Shown here: piece by piece, positions 1 through 13,845 of the stretch
Numbering within the stretch: position 1 is the first letter of the stretch
Layout of the letters: the number at the start of each line of letters is the position of its first letter
Origin: an uncultured Gemmatimonadales bacterium
Lineage (GTDB): Bacteria; Gemmatimonadota; Gemmatimonadetes; Longimicrobiales; RSA9
Direction of reading: 5' to 3'
DNA length: 64,000 nt
Assembly (NCBI GenBank): GCA_963816355.1
Contig: CAWFKH010000001.1
Coordinates: forward strand, 512,001 to 576,000
The notes under the pieces: model-generated
What the model saw: the letters and a program-made list of their open reading frames with translations, nothing else
Told to the model about the DNA's origin: nothing
Database searches by the model: none
Made by a program: the position numbers and the translations under genes

Positions 1-1445
1 CCGTACCAGCCGGCCATGTGCGTGCCGAGGCCGACGAGGCTCTTTGCCTTGTCGGCGGCGCTCGCATCCGGATCGAGCATGCTGCCGGCCTTCTGCAGGT
101 GCGGGTCGACGGCTTCGCGCGCGATGAACAAGCGCATGATCTCGCTCGAGCCCTCGAAGATCATGTTGATGCGAAGATCGCGCATCACCTTCTCGACGGC
201 GATCCCCGCTTCGCCTCGCGCCTCGAGCGACTCGGCGGTCTCATAGCCGCGGCCGCCGCGCACCTGCATCGTCTCGTCGATCACGCGCCACGCTGCCTCC
301 GAATTGAACATCTTGGCGATGGCGGCTTCTAGGCGGATGTCGCGGTCGCCGGCGTCGGCGAGCGCGGCCGAGACCTCGGCGATCGCCTCCATGGCGAAGG
401 CGGTGGCGGCGATGTAGGCGATCTTCTGGGCGATCGCATCGTGCTTGCCGACCGGCATCCCCCACTGCTTGCGGACGTTGCCCCACTCACGGACGACCTG
501 CAGGCACCATTTCCCCGCCGCGGCGCAGTTCGCAGGGATCGTGAGCCGGCCGGTGTTGAGCGTGATCAGCGCCAGCTTCAGGCCGCGTCCCTCGCCCCAC
601 AGCACGTTCTCCCGCGGAACGCGGACGTCGCGGAACCTGAGGACGCCGTTCTCGATGCCGTTCAGCCCCATGAACGTGCAGCGGTGCTCCGTGCTGACGC
701 CGGGCCAGTCGCCTTCCACGATGAAGGCGGTGATCCCCGGCCGCTTCCCGGGCTCCTTCGCGGGCGTGCGCGCCATCACGACCATCAGCTCGGCGATCGG
801 GCCGTTCGTGCACCACAGCTTTTCACCGTTCAGGATGTAGGCTTCGCCGTCCTCGGTCGGAACGGCGTCGGCGCTCATGCGGGCGGGATCCGACCCCACG
901 TCCTCTTCGGTGAGCGCGAACGCGGAGATGGCGCCGCGGGCGAGGCGCGGCAAATACTTCTTCTTCTGCTCGTCGGTGCCGAACATCTTCAGCGGCTGCG
1001 GCACGCCGATCGACTGGTGGGCGGAGAGGAGGACGCCGAGCGCGGTGCAGTAGGAGCTGACGAGGCCGATGGCGCGGTTGTACCAGCGCTGCGGCAGGCC
1101 GAGGCCGCCGTACTCGCGCGGGATCTTGATGCCGAAGGCGCCGGTCTCCGCGAGCGCGGAGATCACCTCCGGCGCCACCTTCCCGGTGCGGTCGATGTGC
1201 TGCGCGTCGACCTTCTGCAGGAACGCCTCGAGCCTGGCGAGGAACGCCTCGCCGCGCTCCCGCTCCGCCGGCACGATCGCGGGCAGCGGATGGAGCAGCT
1301 CCATGCGGAGCTTGCCGAGGAAGAGCTCGCGGACGAAGCTCGGCCGCGTCCATTCGGTCTCGCGCGCGGCTTCCGCCACCGCGCGGGCGTCGCGCTCGGA
1401 AACCTGGGGTGCGTCGGAGGCTTGCCGCGGAGCCGTAGTGCTCAT
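1..1445 (-). CDS. Acyl-CoA dehydrogenase, long form (3' end runs off the window)
   Basis: ATG at 1445, reading MSTTAPRQ...ARETEWTRPSFVRELFLG. Motifs SAHQSIG, FALTEEDVGSDP, LNGEKLWCTNG, TLNTGRL, AAIAKMFNSE, QVRGGRGYE. Absent from the ORF track because no stop lies inside the window. Confidence 0.9.
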   Translation of the reverse strand, partial: MSTTAPRQASDAPQVSERDARAVAEAARETEWTRPSFVRELFLGKLRMELLHPLPAIVPAERERGEAFLARLEAFLQKVDAQHIDRTGKVAPEVISALAETGAFGIKIPREYGGLGLPQRWYNRAIGLVSSYCTALGVLLSAHQSIGVPQPLKMFGTDEQKKKYLPRLARGAISAFALTEEDVGSDPARMSADAVPTEDGEAYILNGEKLWCTNGPIAELMVVMARTPAKEPGKRPGITAFIVEGDWPGVSTEHRCTFMGLNGIENGVLRFRDVRVPRENVLWGEGRGLKLALITLNTGRLTIPANCAAAGKWCLQVVREWGNVRKQWGMPVGKHDAIAQKIAYIAATAFAMEAIAEVSAALADAGDRDIRLEAAIAKMFNSEAAWRVIDETMQVRGGRGYETAESLEARGEAGIAVEKVMRDLRINMIFEGSSEIMRLFIAREAVDPHLQKAGSMLDPDASAADKAKSLVGLGTHMAGWY

Positions 1446-1566
1446 ATGAACCTCAGTGTCGCGCTCGGAATCGGAAACCAGCCGCGCGGGACGCCCCTCC
1501 GCCACGTGCACACCGCCCGATATCCGCGCGCCCTGGACTCACACGACTACCCTCGAAGGCGCCTGA

Positions 1567-1596
1567 AAGTTACTCCGCCGGCCCTGCAACCGGCAA
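1567..1596 (-). promoter_or_regulatory. Putative sigma70 promoter for the first acyl-CoA dehydrogenase
   Basis: Minus strand TTGCCG-N18-TAACTT in the intergenic gap. Confidence 0.4.
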
Positions 1597-1603
1597 TCGC
1601 CTC

Positions 1604-2773
<1,170 letters not shown>

Positions 2774-2927
2774 TGCACGTTCTCCTGCGGTGGGCGTTCG
2801 ATCCCCGTTCGGGACTCGCCTGGCAAGGTAGGTGGAGATCGCGGCGCGAGGAAGGGCGGGCGGCGCGGCTCGACCGCGGCGGCGAAGCGGCCGCCGCTCC
2901 CGCCGCCGGCCCCAGATGCATGCGCTG

Positions 2928-2964
2928 CAAACGAAAGCGCCGCCGGTCGAGGACCGGCGGCGCT
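2928..2964 (-). terminator. Intrinsic terminator closing the small transcript
   Basis: Perfect 13-bp stem (2936-2948 / 2952-2964), 3-nt loop, followed by TTCGTTTG on the minus strand. Confidence 0.7.
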
Positions 2965-3032
2965 CTGGAACTGCCGCAACCCGGCGCGATCAGCGCACCG
3001 GCGCGGACAGCATTTCGCGACTCGAGTCTCGG

Positions 3033-3095
3033 CTACGCGCCGAGGTGGCGATCGCTTGCCCGTGCCAGGTTGCGTGCAGTACTGGGACTAGACAA
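3033..3095 (-). CDS. Candidate 20-aa small ORF MSSPSTARNLARASDRHLGA with extended Shine-Dalgarno
   Basis: AAGGAGGTGATCCA directly precedes TTG (3095); TAG at 3033; flanked by a promoter and a terminator. Confidence 0.5.
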   Translation of the reverse strand: MSSPSTARNLARASDRHLGA

Positions 3096-3227
3096 TGGAT
3101 CACCTCCTTCCAAGGGGACACGTTCGGGCGCCATCACCAGCGGGCCGGTGAACCCGCGGCTCGCAAGCCGGCGCGCCATGGCGCCAGGCCGCGACCCCCG
3201 TCGTCTCCGGAGCGGAGACGCACGGCA

Positions 3228-3256
3228 AAGCTAATGACAATGCCGGAGGCAGGCAA
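3228..3256 (-). promoter_or_regulatory. Putative sigma70 promoter of the small transcript
   Basis: Minus strand TTGCCT-N17-TAGCTT; same -10 hexamer as the csp promoter. Confidence 0.55.
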
Positions 3257-3281
3257 CGGGGTCGCGTCGTGCGATGCGCGG

Positions 3282-3311
3282 TTGCTGGCCCGCCCGCGGC
3301 TCCCGTATTAT
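3282..3311 (+). promoter_or_regulatory. Putative sigma70 promoter of the gcv operon
   Basis: TTGCTG-N18-TATTAT, an AT-rich hexamer in very GC-rich context. Confidence 0.5.
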
Positions 3312-3471
3312 GCGGCCCGCGCGCGGCGTGGGGGGAGTTGCGCACCTGTAAGTGCCCTTTGCGCGCCGCGCGAAGCCGCACGGAGCGGTGGGCGGACGGG
3401 CGCCGCGGGGAGGAGGCCGCGCGGCCGTTGCGGCCACACCGGTGCTCCGCGGACGCGCGGATGGAGGACGG

Positions 3472-3696
3472 ATGGACGTCGTCGAGTACAACCGGATGGT
3501 CGAGCTGGTGCGTCGCGTGCGTCACGACGCGAGCAATCCGCTCACGGCGGCGCTGGGCTCGACTCAGCTGCTGCTGACGGATCCGGCGGTGACGGATCCG
3601 GAGGTGCGGGAGATCCTTGGCGAGATCGAGGGCGAGCTGCGCCGGCTCTCGGATATCCTCCGCACTCTGAACGACATCCAGCCCGCGACGGAGTGA
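3472..3696 (+). CDS. Stand-alone histidine kinase dimerisation/phospho-acceptor (HisKA/DHp) protein, 74 aa
   Basis: GGAGG RBS; H-box RVRHDASNPLTAALGSTQLL followed by a second helix EIEGELRRLSDILRTL; no ATPase domain. Confidence 0.75.
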   Translation: MDVVEYNRMVELVRRVRHDASNPLTAALGSTQLLLTDPAVTDPEVREILGEIEGELRRLSDILRTLNDIQPATE

Positions 3697-3728
3697 GGTC
3701 GGTCGGAATCGAGCCCCGGGGAGGCGAC

Positions 3729-4121
3729 ATGTCGGAGATACCGGAAGGGCTGTTCTTCACGGAGGAGCACGAATACGTGAAGCCGACGGGAGACGCGGGC
3801 GTCTACCAGGTCGGGATCACGGCGTACGCACAGGGGGAGCTCGGCGACGTGGTGTTCGTCGATCTTCCGGCGGTGGGGTCGCGCTTCGAGAAGGGCGGCG
3901 TGTTCGGCACGGTAGAGGCGGTGAAGGCGGTGAGCGATGTGTACGCGCCGGTGGCTGGCGAGGCGGTCGCGGTGAACGATGCGCTGGACGCGGACCCGTC
4001 GCTCGTGAACTCGGATCCGTACGGCGCCGGGTGGATGGTCCGCCTGCGGATCGAGGACGAGGCCGAGCTGGACGGGCTGCTGGGGCCGCAGGAGTACCGC
4101 AAGCACATCGGCGAGGAGTGA
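3729..4121 (+). CDS. gcvH: Glycine cleavage system H protein
   Basis: FTEEHEY, VGITAYAQGELGDVVFVDLP, lipoyl site VEAVKAVSDVYAPV, VNSDPYGAGW; GGAGG RBS. Confidence 0.96.
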   Translation: MSEIPEGLFFTEEHEYVKPTGDAGVYQVGITAYAQGELGDVVFVDLPAVGSRFEKGGVFGTVEAVKAVSDVYAPVAGEAVAVNDALDADPSLVNSDPYGAGWMVRLRIEDEAELDGLLGPQEYRKHIGEE

Positions 4122-4251
4122 CGCGCGTCGAACCCGCAAACGCGCCGGAACGGGAGTGGCGCGGCGGCGGAGCGAGCGGCGGCGTAGCAAGCGGAGAGTA
4201 GGGGGCGGGGAGTAGCGAGCAGGAACGAGACGAACGGAAGGAGCAGGGCGG

Positions 4252-4935
4252 ATGGCGGAGCTGACCTGGCACGGACACGCCTGTGCGACGCTGGTGACGG
4301 ACGACGGCACGCGGATCCTCTTCGATCCGTGGCTGGACGCGAATCCGAAGGCGGAGATCGGCGCGGCCGACGTCGGCGATCTGGACTATCTGCTGGTGAG
4401 CCACGGCCATTTCGATCATTTCGGCGACGGCGTGAAGATCGCGAAGGCGACCGGGGCGATGCTGGTGGCCGTCTTCGAGCTTTGCGCGTTCGCGCAGTCG
4501 CGCGGGATCGAGAACGTACACGGCCTGAACATCGGCGGCGGCTATCGCTTTCCGTTCGGCTACGTGAAGATGACGCCGGCGCTGCACAGCGCGTCGATCG
4601 AGGGTGACGAGGGGGCCCACCCTTCGGTCGCGGGGGGCTTCTGGATCGATCTCGGGGGCAAGCGGCTGTATCACGCGGGGGACACGGCGCTCACGCGCGA
4701 CATGGAGCTGCTGCGCGACCGCGTGGATGTGGCGCTGCTGCCGATCGGCGACAACTTCACGATGGGGCCGGAGGACGCCGCGATTGCGGTCGACCTGATC
4801 CGGCCGCGGGTCGTGATCCCGATCCATTACGACACCTTTCCCGCCATCGAGCAGGATCCGCGGGCGTTCGCCGCACGGGTGGGCGACAGGGCCGAGACGG
4901 TGATTCTGGAGCCGGGCGGGAGCTACAGCTTCTAG
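4252..4935 (+). CDS. Metallo-beta-lactamase-fold metal-dependent hydrolase (UPF0173-like)
   Basis: TWHGHA, SHGHFDH, YHAGDT, LPIGDNFTMGPEDA, IPIHYDTF. Confidence 0.9.
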   Translation: MAELTWHGHACATLVTDDGTRILFDPWLDANPKAEIGAADVGDLDYLLVSHGHFDHFGDGVKIAKATGAMLVAVFELCAFAQSRGIENVHGLNIGGGYRFPFGYVKMTPALHSASIEGDEGAHPSVAGGFWIDLGGKRLYHAGDTALTRDMELLRDRVDVALLPIGDNFTMGPEDAAIAVDLIRPRVVIPIHYDTFPAIEQDPRAFAARVGDRAETVILEPGGSYSF

Positions 4936-5019
4936 CCCCCTCGCGGGAGAAGGGGGTGCGGCCGCGGCGAGGCGCTTGCGCGCGTGCGGCCGGGACTGCA
5001 GAGGAGATCCGAGGAAGCA

Positions 5020-7932
<2,913 letters not shown>

Positions 7933-7934
7933 GC

Positions 7935-8753
7935 ATGAGGTGGCGTCTCGTCGTGGAGCGCAAGCCGCTGCCCGGCGCGCGCAACATGGCGGTCGACCAC
8001 GCGTTCCTCGTAGGCGTGCAGCGCGGTGCGCCGCCGGTCCTGCGGCTCTACCGCTGGCGCCCCGCGTGCCTCTCCCTCGGCCGCAACCAGCGTGGGCGCG
8101 GCATCTACGACGCCGATCGGGCCGGCGACCTGGGCGTCGATGTCGTCCGCCGCCCGACCGGCGGCCTCGCGGTGCTCCACGACGACGAGATCACCTACGC
8201 CATCGCGGCGCCGGTCGGCGCGCTCGGATCGCCGCGAGAGACGTACGTCGCCGTTCATGGCGCGCTCGTGCGGGCACTCCGCGCTCTCGGCGTGGACGCC
8301 GTGCTGCGTCGCGCGGGCGGCGAAGCGCTGCGGCCGGTGCGTGACGCGGCGCTCCCCTGCTTCGGTTTCGCCGCGGAGGGGGAGGTGCTGGCGGCGGGGA
8401 GCAAGCTCGTGGGCAGCGCCCAGCGCTGCGAGAGTCGCGTCATCCTGCAGCACGGCTCGCTCCCGCTGGCGCGCGGCGCGGTCGACCTGGCGTCGCTGAC
8501 CCCGGTGGCGGCGCCGGCGTCGGCGCCGGGCCGGGCACCGGCCGCGCGGGCGGCCCCCGATCCAGGGACGACGCTCGCGGATCTGCTCGGCGCGCGGCCG
8601 GACGCGGCGGCGGTGGTGGCGGCGGTGGTGGCGGCGTTCGAGGAGCTGGTGGGGGTGCCGCTCGTCGAGGCCGCGCCGAGCGCCGAAGAGCGGGCGTCGG
8701 CGCGGCGGCTCGAGGCACGGTACGCGTCGGCGGAGTGGACGTGGCGCGGCTGA
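7935..8753 (+). CDS. Lipoate-protein ligase family octanoyltransferase (LipM-like)
   Basis: NMAVD, LRLYRW..CLSLGRNQ, VRRPTGGLAVLH, KLVGSAQ, LQHGSL; adjacent to gcvH/gcvP. Confidence 0.85.
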   Translation: MRWRLVVERKPLPGARNMAVDHAFLVGVQRGAPPVLRLYRWRPACLSLGRNQRGRGIYDADRAGDLGVDVVRRPTGGLAVLHDDEITYAIAAPVGALGSPRETYVAVHGALVRALRALGVDAVLRRAGGEALRPVRDAALPCFGFAAEGEVLAAGSKLVGSAQRCESRVILQHGSLPLARGAVDLASLTPVAAPASAPGRAPAARAAPDPGTTLADLLGARPDAAAVVAAVVAAFEELVGVPLVEAAPSAEERASARRLEARYASAEWTWRG

Positions 8754-8848
8754 GCGCTTAGCGGCCGGGGCACCGCTCTTGCGCGCCGCCCGTCGGTTTC
8801 GGGGCGCGCCGCGGCGCGTCGGACATCTCTGCGTGCGGGTGGGGGAGC

Positions 8849-10507
8849 ATGGAGCCTCGCGAGAAGGGAAGGCGCTTCATCGGGAGCGTCGCCGGTCGGG
8901 CGGCGCTCGTCGCGGCCGCGCTCTCGCTGCTGGCGGGGTGCAGGGGACGGGACCGCGCCGCGGCGGGCGGGGCCGCGGGCCCGCCGCGGGAGGGCGGCAC
9001 CGTGGTGGTGGGGATGCGCACGGACTTCGGCGGCTTCAACCCCGTCACCAACACGGACCAGTACACCGGCGAGCTGATCGACTACGCGCTCTTCACGCCG
9101 TTGATCCAGTACGACAGCGCGCTGCAGGTGCGGCCGTACCTGGCGCGCTCGTGGCAGATGACGGGGGACACCGGCGTCGTCTTCACGCTGCGTGGTGACG
9201 TGCGCTGGCACGACGGCGAGCCGGTGACGGCGCAGGACGTGAAGTTCACGTTTGACCTGGCGAAGGACCCGTCGACCGCGTCGCTGCTCGCGTCGGCGTT
9301 CCTGTCGCAGGTCGACCGCGCGGAGGTGCTGGACTCGCTGCGAATCCGCTTCCACTTCGCGGCGCCGCACGCGCAGGCGCTGGAGGACTTCTGGTGGGCG
9401 CCGCTGCCGCGGCATCTGCTCGCCGGGGTGGCGCCGGCCGACCTGCGCAACGCCGAGTTCAACCGGCATCCGGTGGGGAGCGGCCCGTACCGCTTCGTGA
9501 GCTGGGAGGCGAACACGCGGCTGGTGATCGCGCGCAACCCGGACTTCCCGCAGGCGCTCGGCGGTCCACCGCACCTGGAGCGGGTCGTCTTCCGCGTGGT
9601 GCCGGAGCCGTCGACGATGCTGACGGAGCTGGTCGCCGGCGACGTCGAGGTCGACGTCCCGCTGCTGCCGGACCAGGCGGCGCAGGTGAAGTCCTCCGAC
9701 CGCCTCCGCCTCTTCTCCTACCCGAGCCGCACGTTCTACTACATCGGCTGGAACACGAGGCGCGCGCCGTTCACGAACGCGGACGTGCGGCGCGCGATGA
9801 CGCTGGCGATCGACCGGCCGCAGATCGTGCAGGCGCTGCTGCACGGCTACGGCGAGGTGGCGGAGGGACCGATTCCGCCGTGGAGCCCGCTGCACCCGCA
9901 GGGCGCGCAGCCGCTGCCGTACGACACCGCGCGGGCGAAGCAGCTCCTCGACGCCGCGGGCTGGGTCGACCGCAACGGCGACGGCATCCGCGAGGACCGG
10001 CAGGGGCGGCCGTTCCGCTTCACGCTGCTGTCGAGCGACAGCCCGCAGAACCGCGCGGTGGCGGAGGTGGTGCAGGCGATGCTGCGCAGGGTGGGCGTGG
10101 ACGCCGAAGCGCGTGTGCTCGAGTTCCAGACGCTGCTGGCGCAGCACAAGGCGCGCGACTTCGACGCCGTGCTCTCGACCTGGATCATGGACAACTTCCA
10201 GGTCGCGTCGGCGCCGACGGCGCTCTTCCTCTCGCGCTACGCGGACGTGCCGCGGTCGGCGAACCGCAGCGCGTACGCGAATCCGGTGGCGGACAGCCTG
10301 ATCGCGGCGGGAGCCGCGGCGACGGATCCGGGCGAGGCGCGCGCGGCGTGGCGTCGCCTTACGGAAGTGCTGCAGCACGACCAGCCGTTCACGTTCCTCT
10401 ACTGGTTCGACGAGCTGGCCGGCTCGCGCCGGACGGTGCAGGGCGTGTCGATGGACACGCGCGGCGAGCTGTCGAGCATCGCGCGGTGGTGGAGCGCGGC
10501 GAGGTGA
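8849..10507 (+). CDS. Peptide/nickel ABC transporter substrate-binding lipoprotein (family 5)
   Basis: Lipobox LLAGC, FTLRGDVRWHDGEPVTAQDVKFT, PVGSGPY, DRNGDGIRE loop. Confidence 0.92.
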   Translation: MEPREKGRRFIGSVAGRAALVAAALSLLAGCRGRDRAAAGGAAGPPREGGTVVVGMRTDFGGFNPVTNTDQYTGELIDYALFTPLIQYDSALQVRPYLARSWQMTGDTGVVFTLRGDVRWHDGEPVTAQDVKFTFDLAKDPSTASLLASAFLSQVDRAEVLDSLRIRFHFAAPHAQALEDFWWAPLPRHLLAGVAPADLRNAEFNRHPVGSGPYRFVSWEANTRLVIARNPDFPQALGGPPHLERVVFRVVPEPSTMLTELVAGDVEVDVPLLPDQAAQVKSSDRLRLFSYPSRTFYYIGWNTRRAPFTNADVRRAMTLAIDRPQIVQALLHGYGEVAEGPIPPWSPLHPQGAQPLPYDTARAKQLLDAAGWVDRNGDGIREDRQGRPFRFTLLSSDSPQNRAVAEVVQAMLRRVGVDAEARVLEFQTLLAQHKARDFDAVLSTWIMDNFQVASAPTALFLSRYADVPRSANRSAYANPVADSLIAAGAAATDPGEARAAWRRLTEVLQHDQPFTFLYWFDELAGSRRTVQGVSMDTRGELSSIARWWSAAR

Positions 10508-10511
10508 GGCG

Positions 10512-11495
10512 GTGAGCGCGTACATCACGCGGCGGCTCCTCGTCGCGATCCCGCTCGTGCTGGGGATCGCGACGATCATCTTCTTCATGCTCAACCTCGC
10601 CCCCGGCGACCCGACCGCCTTCTACTTCAATCCGAACATCCCGCCGCAGGTGCTGGAGCAGTTGCGCCACAACCTGGGGCTCGACCAGCCGATCCACATC
10701 CGGTACCTGAAGTGGATGGCGTCCTTCTTCACGGGCCACTTCGGCTACTCCTTCGCGCAGAGCCGCCCGGTGGCCGACGTGATCCTGGACGCGCTGCCGA
10801 ACACGCTCCTGCTCACCGGCTCGGCGCTGATTCTCGTCTTCGTGATCGGCATCGCGGCCGGCACGTGGCAGGGGGTGCGCCAGCACTCGGCGCCGGACAA
10901 GGTGATCAGCGTCGTCTCGCTCTTCTTCTACTCGATGCCGTCGTTCTGGCTCGGCCTGATGCTGATGCTGCTCTTCTCGCTGAAGGCCTACGAGTGGGGG
11001 CTGCCGTTCGCGCTGCCGCCGACGGGGCTCACCAGCATCGACTACGACACGCTGTCGTTCGCCGGCAAGCTCGCCGACCGCTTCGACCACCTCGTCCTGC
11101 CGGTCGCGACGCTCACGCTCGTGCTCGCCGCCGGCGTCGCGCGCTACACGCGGGGGCAGATGCTGGAGGTGATCCGCCAGGACTACATCCGCACCGCTCG
11201 CGCGAAAGGCCTGCCGGAGCGGACGGTGGTGGTGCGGCACGCGCTGCGCAATTCGCTGCTTCCGGTCATCAGCCTGCTGGGCCTCTACATCCCGTTCCTC
11301 TTCAGCGGGACGGTGTTCGTGGAGCAGATCTTCTCGATCAACGGCATGGGCCGCGTCATCGTGGAGGCGATCTTCCAGCGCGACTACCCCGTCGTGATGG
11401 CGACCTCCTTCTTCTTCGCCGTCATGGTCGTGGTCGGCAACCTGGTCGCTGACGTCCTCTACGCCTTTGCCGATCCACGGATCGGCTACGACTGA
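10512..11495 (+). CDS. Peptide ABC transporter permease (OppB/DppB-like)
   Basis: APGDP, LGLDQP, DYIRTARAKGL EAA loop, RDYPVV. Confidence 0.93.
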   Translation: MSAYITRRLLVAIPLVLGIATIIFFMLNLAPGDPTAFYFNPNIPPQVLEQLRHNLGLDQPIHIRYLKWMASFFTGHFGYSFAQSRPVADVILDALPNTLLLTGSALILVFVIGIAAGTWQGVRQHSAPDKVISVVSLFFYSMPSFWLGLMLMLLFSLKAYEWGLPFALPPTGLTSIDYDTLSFAGKLADRFDHLVLPVATLTLVLAAGVARYTRGQMLEVIRQDYIRTARAKGLPERTVVVRHALRNSLLPVISLLGLYIPFLFSGTVFVEQIFSINGMGRVIVEAIFQRDYPVVMATSFFFAVMVVVGNLVADVLYAFADPRIGYD

Positions 11496-11499
11496 CGTG

Positions 11500-12744
11500 A
11501 TGAACGGAAGCCCGCGCGAGGTCCGGCCGGACCCCGAGTCGATGCTGCCGGAGCCGGCGCTCCCCGCCGGCGCGGACTTGAGCGCGCCCGCGCCGCGGCG
11601 AGGCGGCGCCGCGCCGCGCCGCCCGCCGCCCGGCTGGGCGACGCCGCTCGGCGCGTTGCTCCCCGGCGCCGGCCAGTTCGCGGCGGGCGCGGTGCGCGAA
11701 GGGATGGCGCTCCTTCTCGCGTGGCTCGCGCTGCTCGGCTCGCTCTACCTCGGCTGGCCGGAGATCCGCGCCATAGGGAGCGCCGGCTCGCTCGACGACT
11801 GGGTCGCGCTCGCGGCGCTCGCGGCGGGCCTCGTGGCCGTCTGGACGTGGGCGATGCGCGACCTGCGCGCGCGCGGCCGCCCGGCGAGCGGCCGGCGCGA
11901 CTCGCAGTGGGCGATCGCGTCGCGGCGCTTCCGCCGCAACGACCTCGCGATGGTGGGGCTGGCGATGATCGTCGTGCTCTACGTCATCGCGCTGCTCGCG
12001 CCGTTCCTCGCGCCGTACGACCCGATCCGGCAGGAGAACATCGTCCAGACCGGCTACCTCGCGCCCTCGACGGCGCACTGGTTCGGCACCGACCGCTTCG
12101 GCCGCGACGTGCTCAGCCGCGTGCTCTACGGCGCGCGCATCTCGCTCTCGATCGGCTTCATCGCCGTCGCGATCAGCGTCACGCTGGGCACGCTGATCGG
12201 CGCCGTCGCCGGCTACTTCGGCCGCGCGGTCGACAGCCTGCTGATGCGCTTCACGGACATGGTGCTCGCGTTCCCGCGCCTCGTGCTGCTGATCATGATC
12301 GTGGCGCTCTTCAAACCGAGCACGCCGCTGATCGTGCTGGTGCTGGGGCTGACGCAGTGGCCGGGGACCGCGCGCATCGTGCGGGGGGAGGTGCTGAGTC
12401 TGCGCGAGCGCGAGTTCATCCAGGCGGCGCGCGCGCTCGGCATGAGCCGACGTCGCATCATCCTGCGCCACCTGGTGCCGAACGTGCTCGCGCCGGTGAT
12501 CGTCACGGCGACGCTCGGCATCGGCAACACGATCGTGCTGGAAGCGGGCCTCTCCTTCCTCGGGCTCGGCGTGCAGCCGCCGTCGCCGTCGTGGGGCAAC
12601 ATGGTGGCGGATGGGAGGCAGAACCTGCTCGGCGCCTGGTGGGTCGCCACGATGCCGGGCCTCGCGATCGTGTTCACGGTGCTCGCGTTCAACCTGGTCG
12701 GCGACGGCCTGCGCGACGCGCTCGACCCGCGCCTGAGGGAGTGA
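11500..12744 (+). CDS. Peptide ABC transporter permease (OppC/DppC-like) with extra N-terminal membrane segment
   Basis: [55 protein letters not shown]; start approximate. Confidence 0.92.
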   Translation: MNGSPREVRPDPESMLPEPALPAGADLSAPAPRRGGAAPRRPPPGWATPLGALLPGAGQFAAGAVREGMALLLAWLALLGSLYLGWPEIRAIGSAGSLDDWVALAALAAGLVAVWTWAMRDLRARGRPASGRRDSQWAIASRRFRRNDLAMVGLAMIVVLYVIALLAPFLAPYDPIRQENIVQTGYLAPSTAHWFGTDRFGRDVLSRVLYGARISLSIGFIAVAISVTLGTLIGAVAGYFGRAVDSLLMRFTDMVLAFPRLVLLIMIVALFKPSTPLIVLVLGLTQWPGTARIVRGEVLSLREREFIQAARALGMSRRRIILRHLVPNVLAPVIVTATLGIGNTIVLEAGLSFLGLGVQPPSPSWGNMVADGRQNLLGAWWVATMPGLAIVFTVLAFNLVGDGLRDALDPRLRE

Positions 12745-13817
12745 TGGCCGACGCCCCGCTGCTGGAGGTTCGCGACCTGCGCACCTACTTCCACACCGAC
12801 GCCGGCGAGGCGCGCGCCGTGGACGGCGTCAGCTTCGTCGTGCGGGAGCGCGAGGTGCTGGGGCTGGTGGGCGAGAGCGGCTGCGGCAAGTCGGTGACGT
12901 CGCTCTCGATCATGCGCCTCGTGCCGCGCCCGCCGGGCGAGATCGTCGAGGGCAGCTCCGTGCGCCTGCGTGGCCGCGAGCTGCTCGCGCTGAGCGAGAA
13001 GGAGATGCGGTCGGTGCGCGGCGACGACATCGCGATGATCTTCCAGGAGCCGATGACGTCGCTCAACCCGGTTCACACGGTCGGGGCCCAGATCGAGGAG
13101 CCGTTGCGCGTTCACCGCGGCATGCGACGTCGCGAGGCGCGCGAGCGCGCGATCGAGCTGCTGCGCCTCGTCGGCATCGCCGACCCGCACACGCGCGTGG
13201 ACGAGTACCCGCACCAGCTCTCGGGCGGCATGCGGCAGCGGGTGATGATCGCGATGGCGCTGGCCTGCGAGCCGGACCTCCTCATCGCCGACGAGCCCAC
13301 GACGGCGCTCGACGTCACGATCCAGGCGCAGATCCTCGAGCTGCTCGCCGAGCTGCGCGAGCGCATCGGGATGGCGATGCTGCTCATCACGCACGACCTC
13401 GGTGTGGTGGCGGAGGTGTGCGACCGCGTCGCCGTGATGTACGCGGGTCAGATCGTGGAGAGCGGCGCTGTGGGCGACCTCTTCCGCGAGCCGCGTCACC
13501 CGTACACGGAAGGGCTGCTGCGCGCCGTGCCCCGCCCCGGCCGCCACGAGGAGCGTCTCGCCGTCATCCCCGGAACGGTGCCGAACCCGGCGGAGTGGCC
13601 GGCCGGCTGCCGCTTCCATGAGCGCTGCCCGTACGCGTGGGACCGCTGCGTCGCCGAGCACCCGCCGCTGATCGAGGTCGGCGCCGGCCGCGCGTCCCGC
13701 TGCTGGCTCGAGGAGCGCCCGGAGCGGCGGGAGGAGGTCCGCCGCGCCGGCGGCGGCTTCGTCGCCGCCACGCGGCCGGGCGCCCCCGGCGAGCGCGGGG
13801 GCGAGGCGGTGCCATGA
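12744..13817 (+). CDS. Peptide ABC transporter ATP-binding protein (OppD-like)
   Basis: [27 protein letters not shown]-terminal GCRFHERC; start overlaps the upstream stop. Confidence 0.94.
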   Translation: MADAPLLEVRDLRTYFHTDAGEARAVDGVSFVVREREVLGLVGESGCGKSVTSLSIMRLVPRPPGEIVEGSSVRLRGRELLALSEKEMRSVRGDDIAMIFQEPMTSLNPVHTVGAQIEEPLRVHRGMRRREARERAIELLRLVGIADPHTRVDEYPHQLSGGMRQRVMIAMALACEPDLLIADEPTTALDVTIQAQILELLAELRERIGMAMLLITHDLGVVAEVCDRVAVMYAGQIVESGAVGDLFREPRHPYTEGLLRAVPRPGRHEERLAVIPGTVPNPAEWPAGCRFHERCPYAWDRCVAEHPPLIEVGAGRASRCWLEERPERREEVRRAGGGFVAATRPGAPGERGGEAVP

Positions 13818-13845
13818 GCGGCGTCGGCGCGGACGAGGAGGCGCG

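Noticed and set aside
3096..3110. Match to the 16S rRNA 3' end as an rRNA gene fragment
   Set aside because: Only 14 nt match and the flanks are not rRNA-like; better explained as an extended SD on the minus strand.
3162..3178. Sigma54-like TGGCGC...TTGC on the minus strand
   Set aside because: GG-to-GC spacing is 11 nt, not the required 10.
3312..3471. Glycine riboswitch upstream of the gcv genes
   Set aside because: No GGAGA...CCGAAG...CTCTCAGG aptamer motifs found.
4122..4251. Purine-rich spacer with loose AGTAG/AGCGAG repeats
   Set aside because: Too degenerate to define a repeat unit; no constant-length spacers, so not CRISPR.
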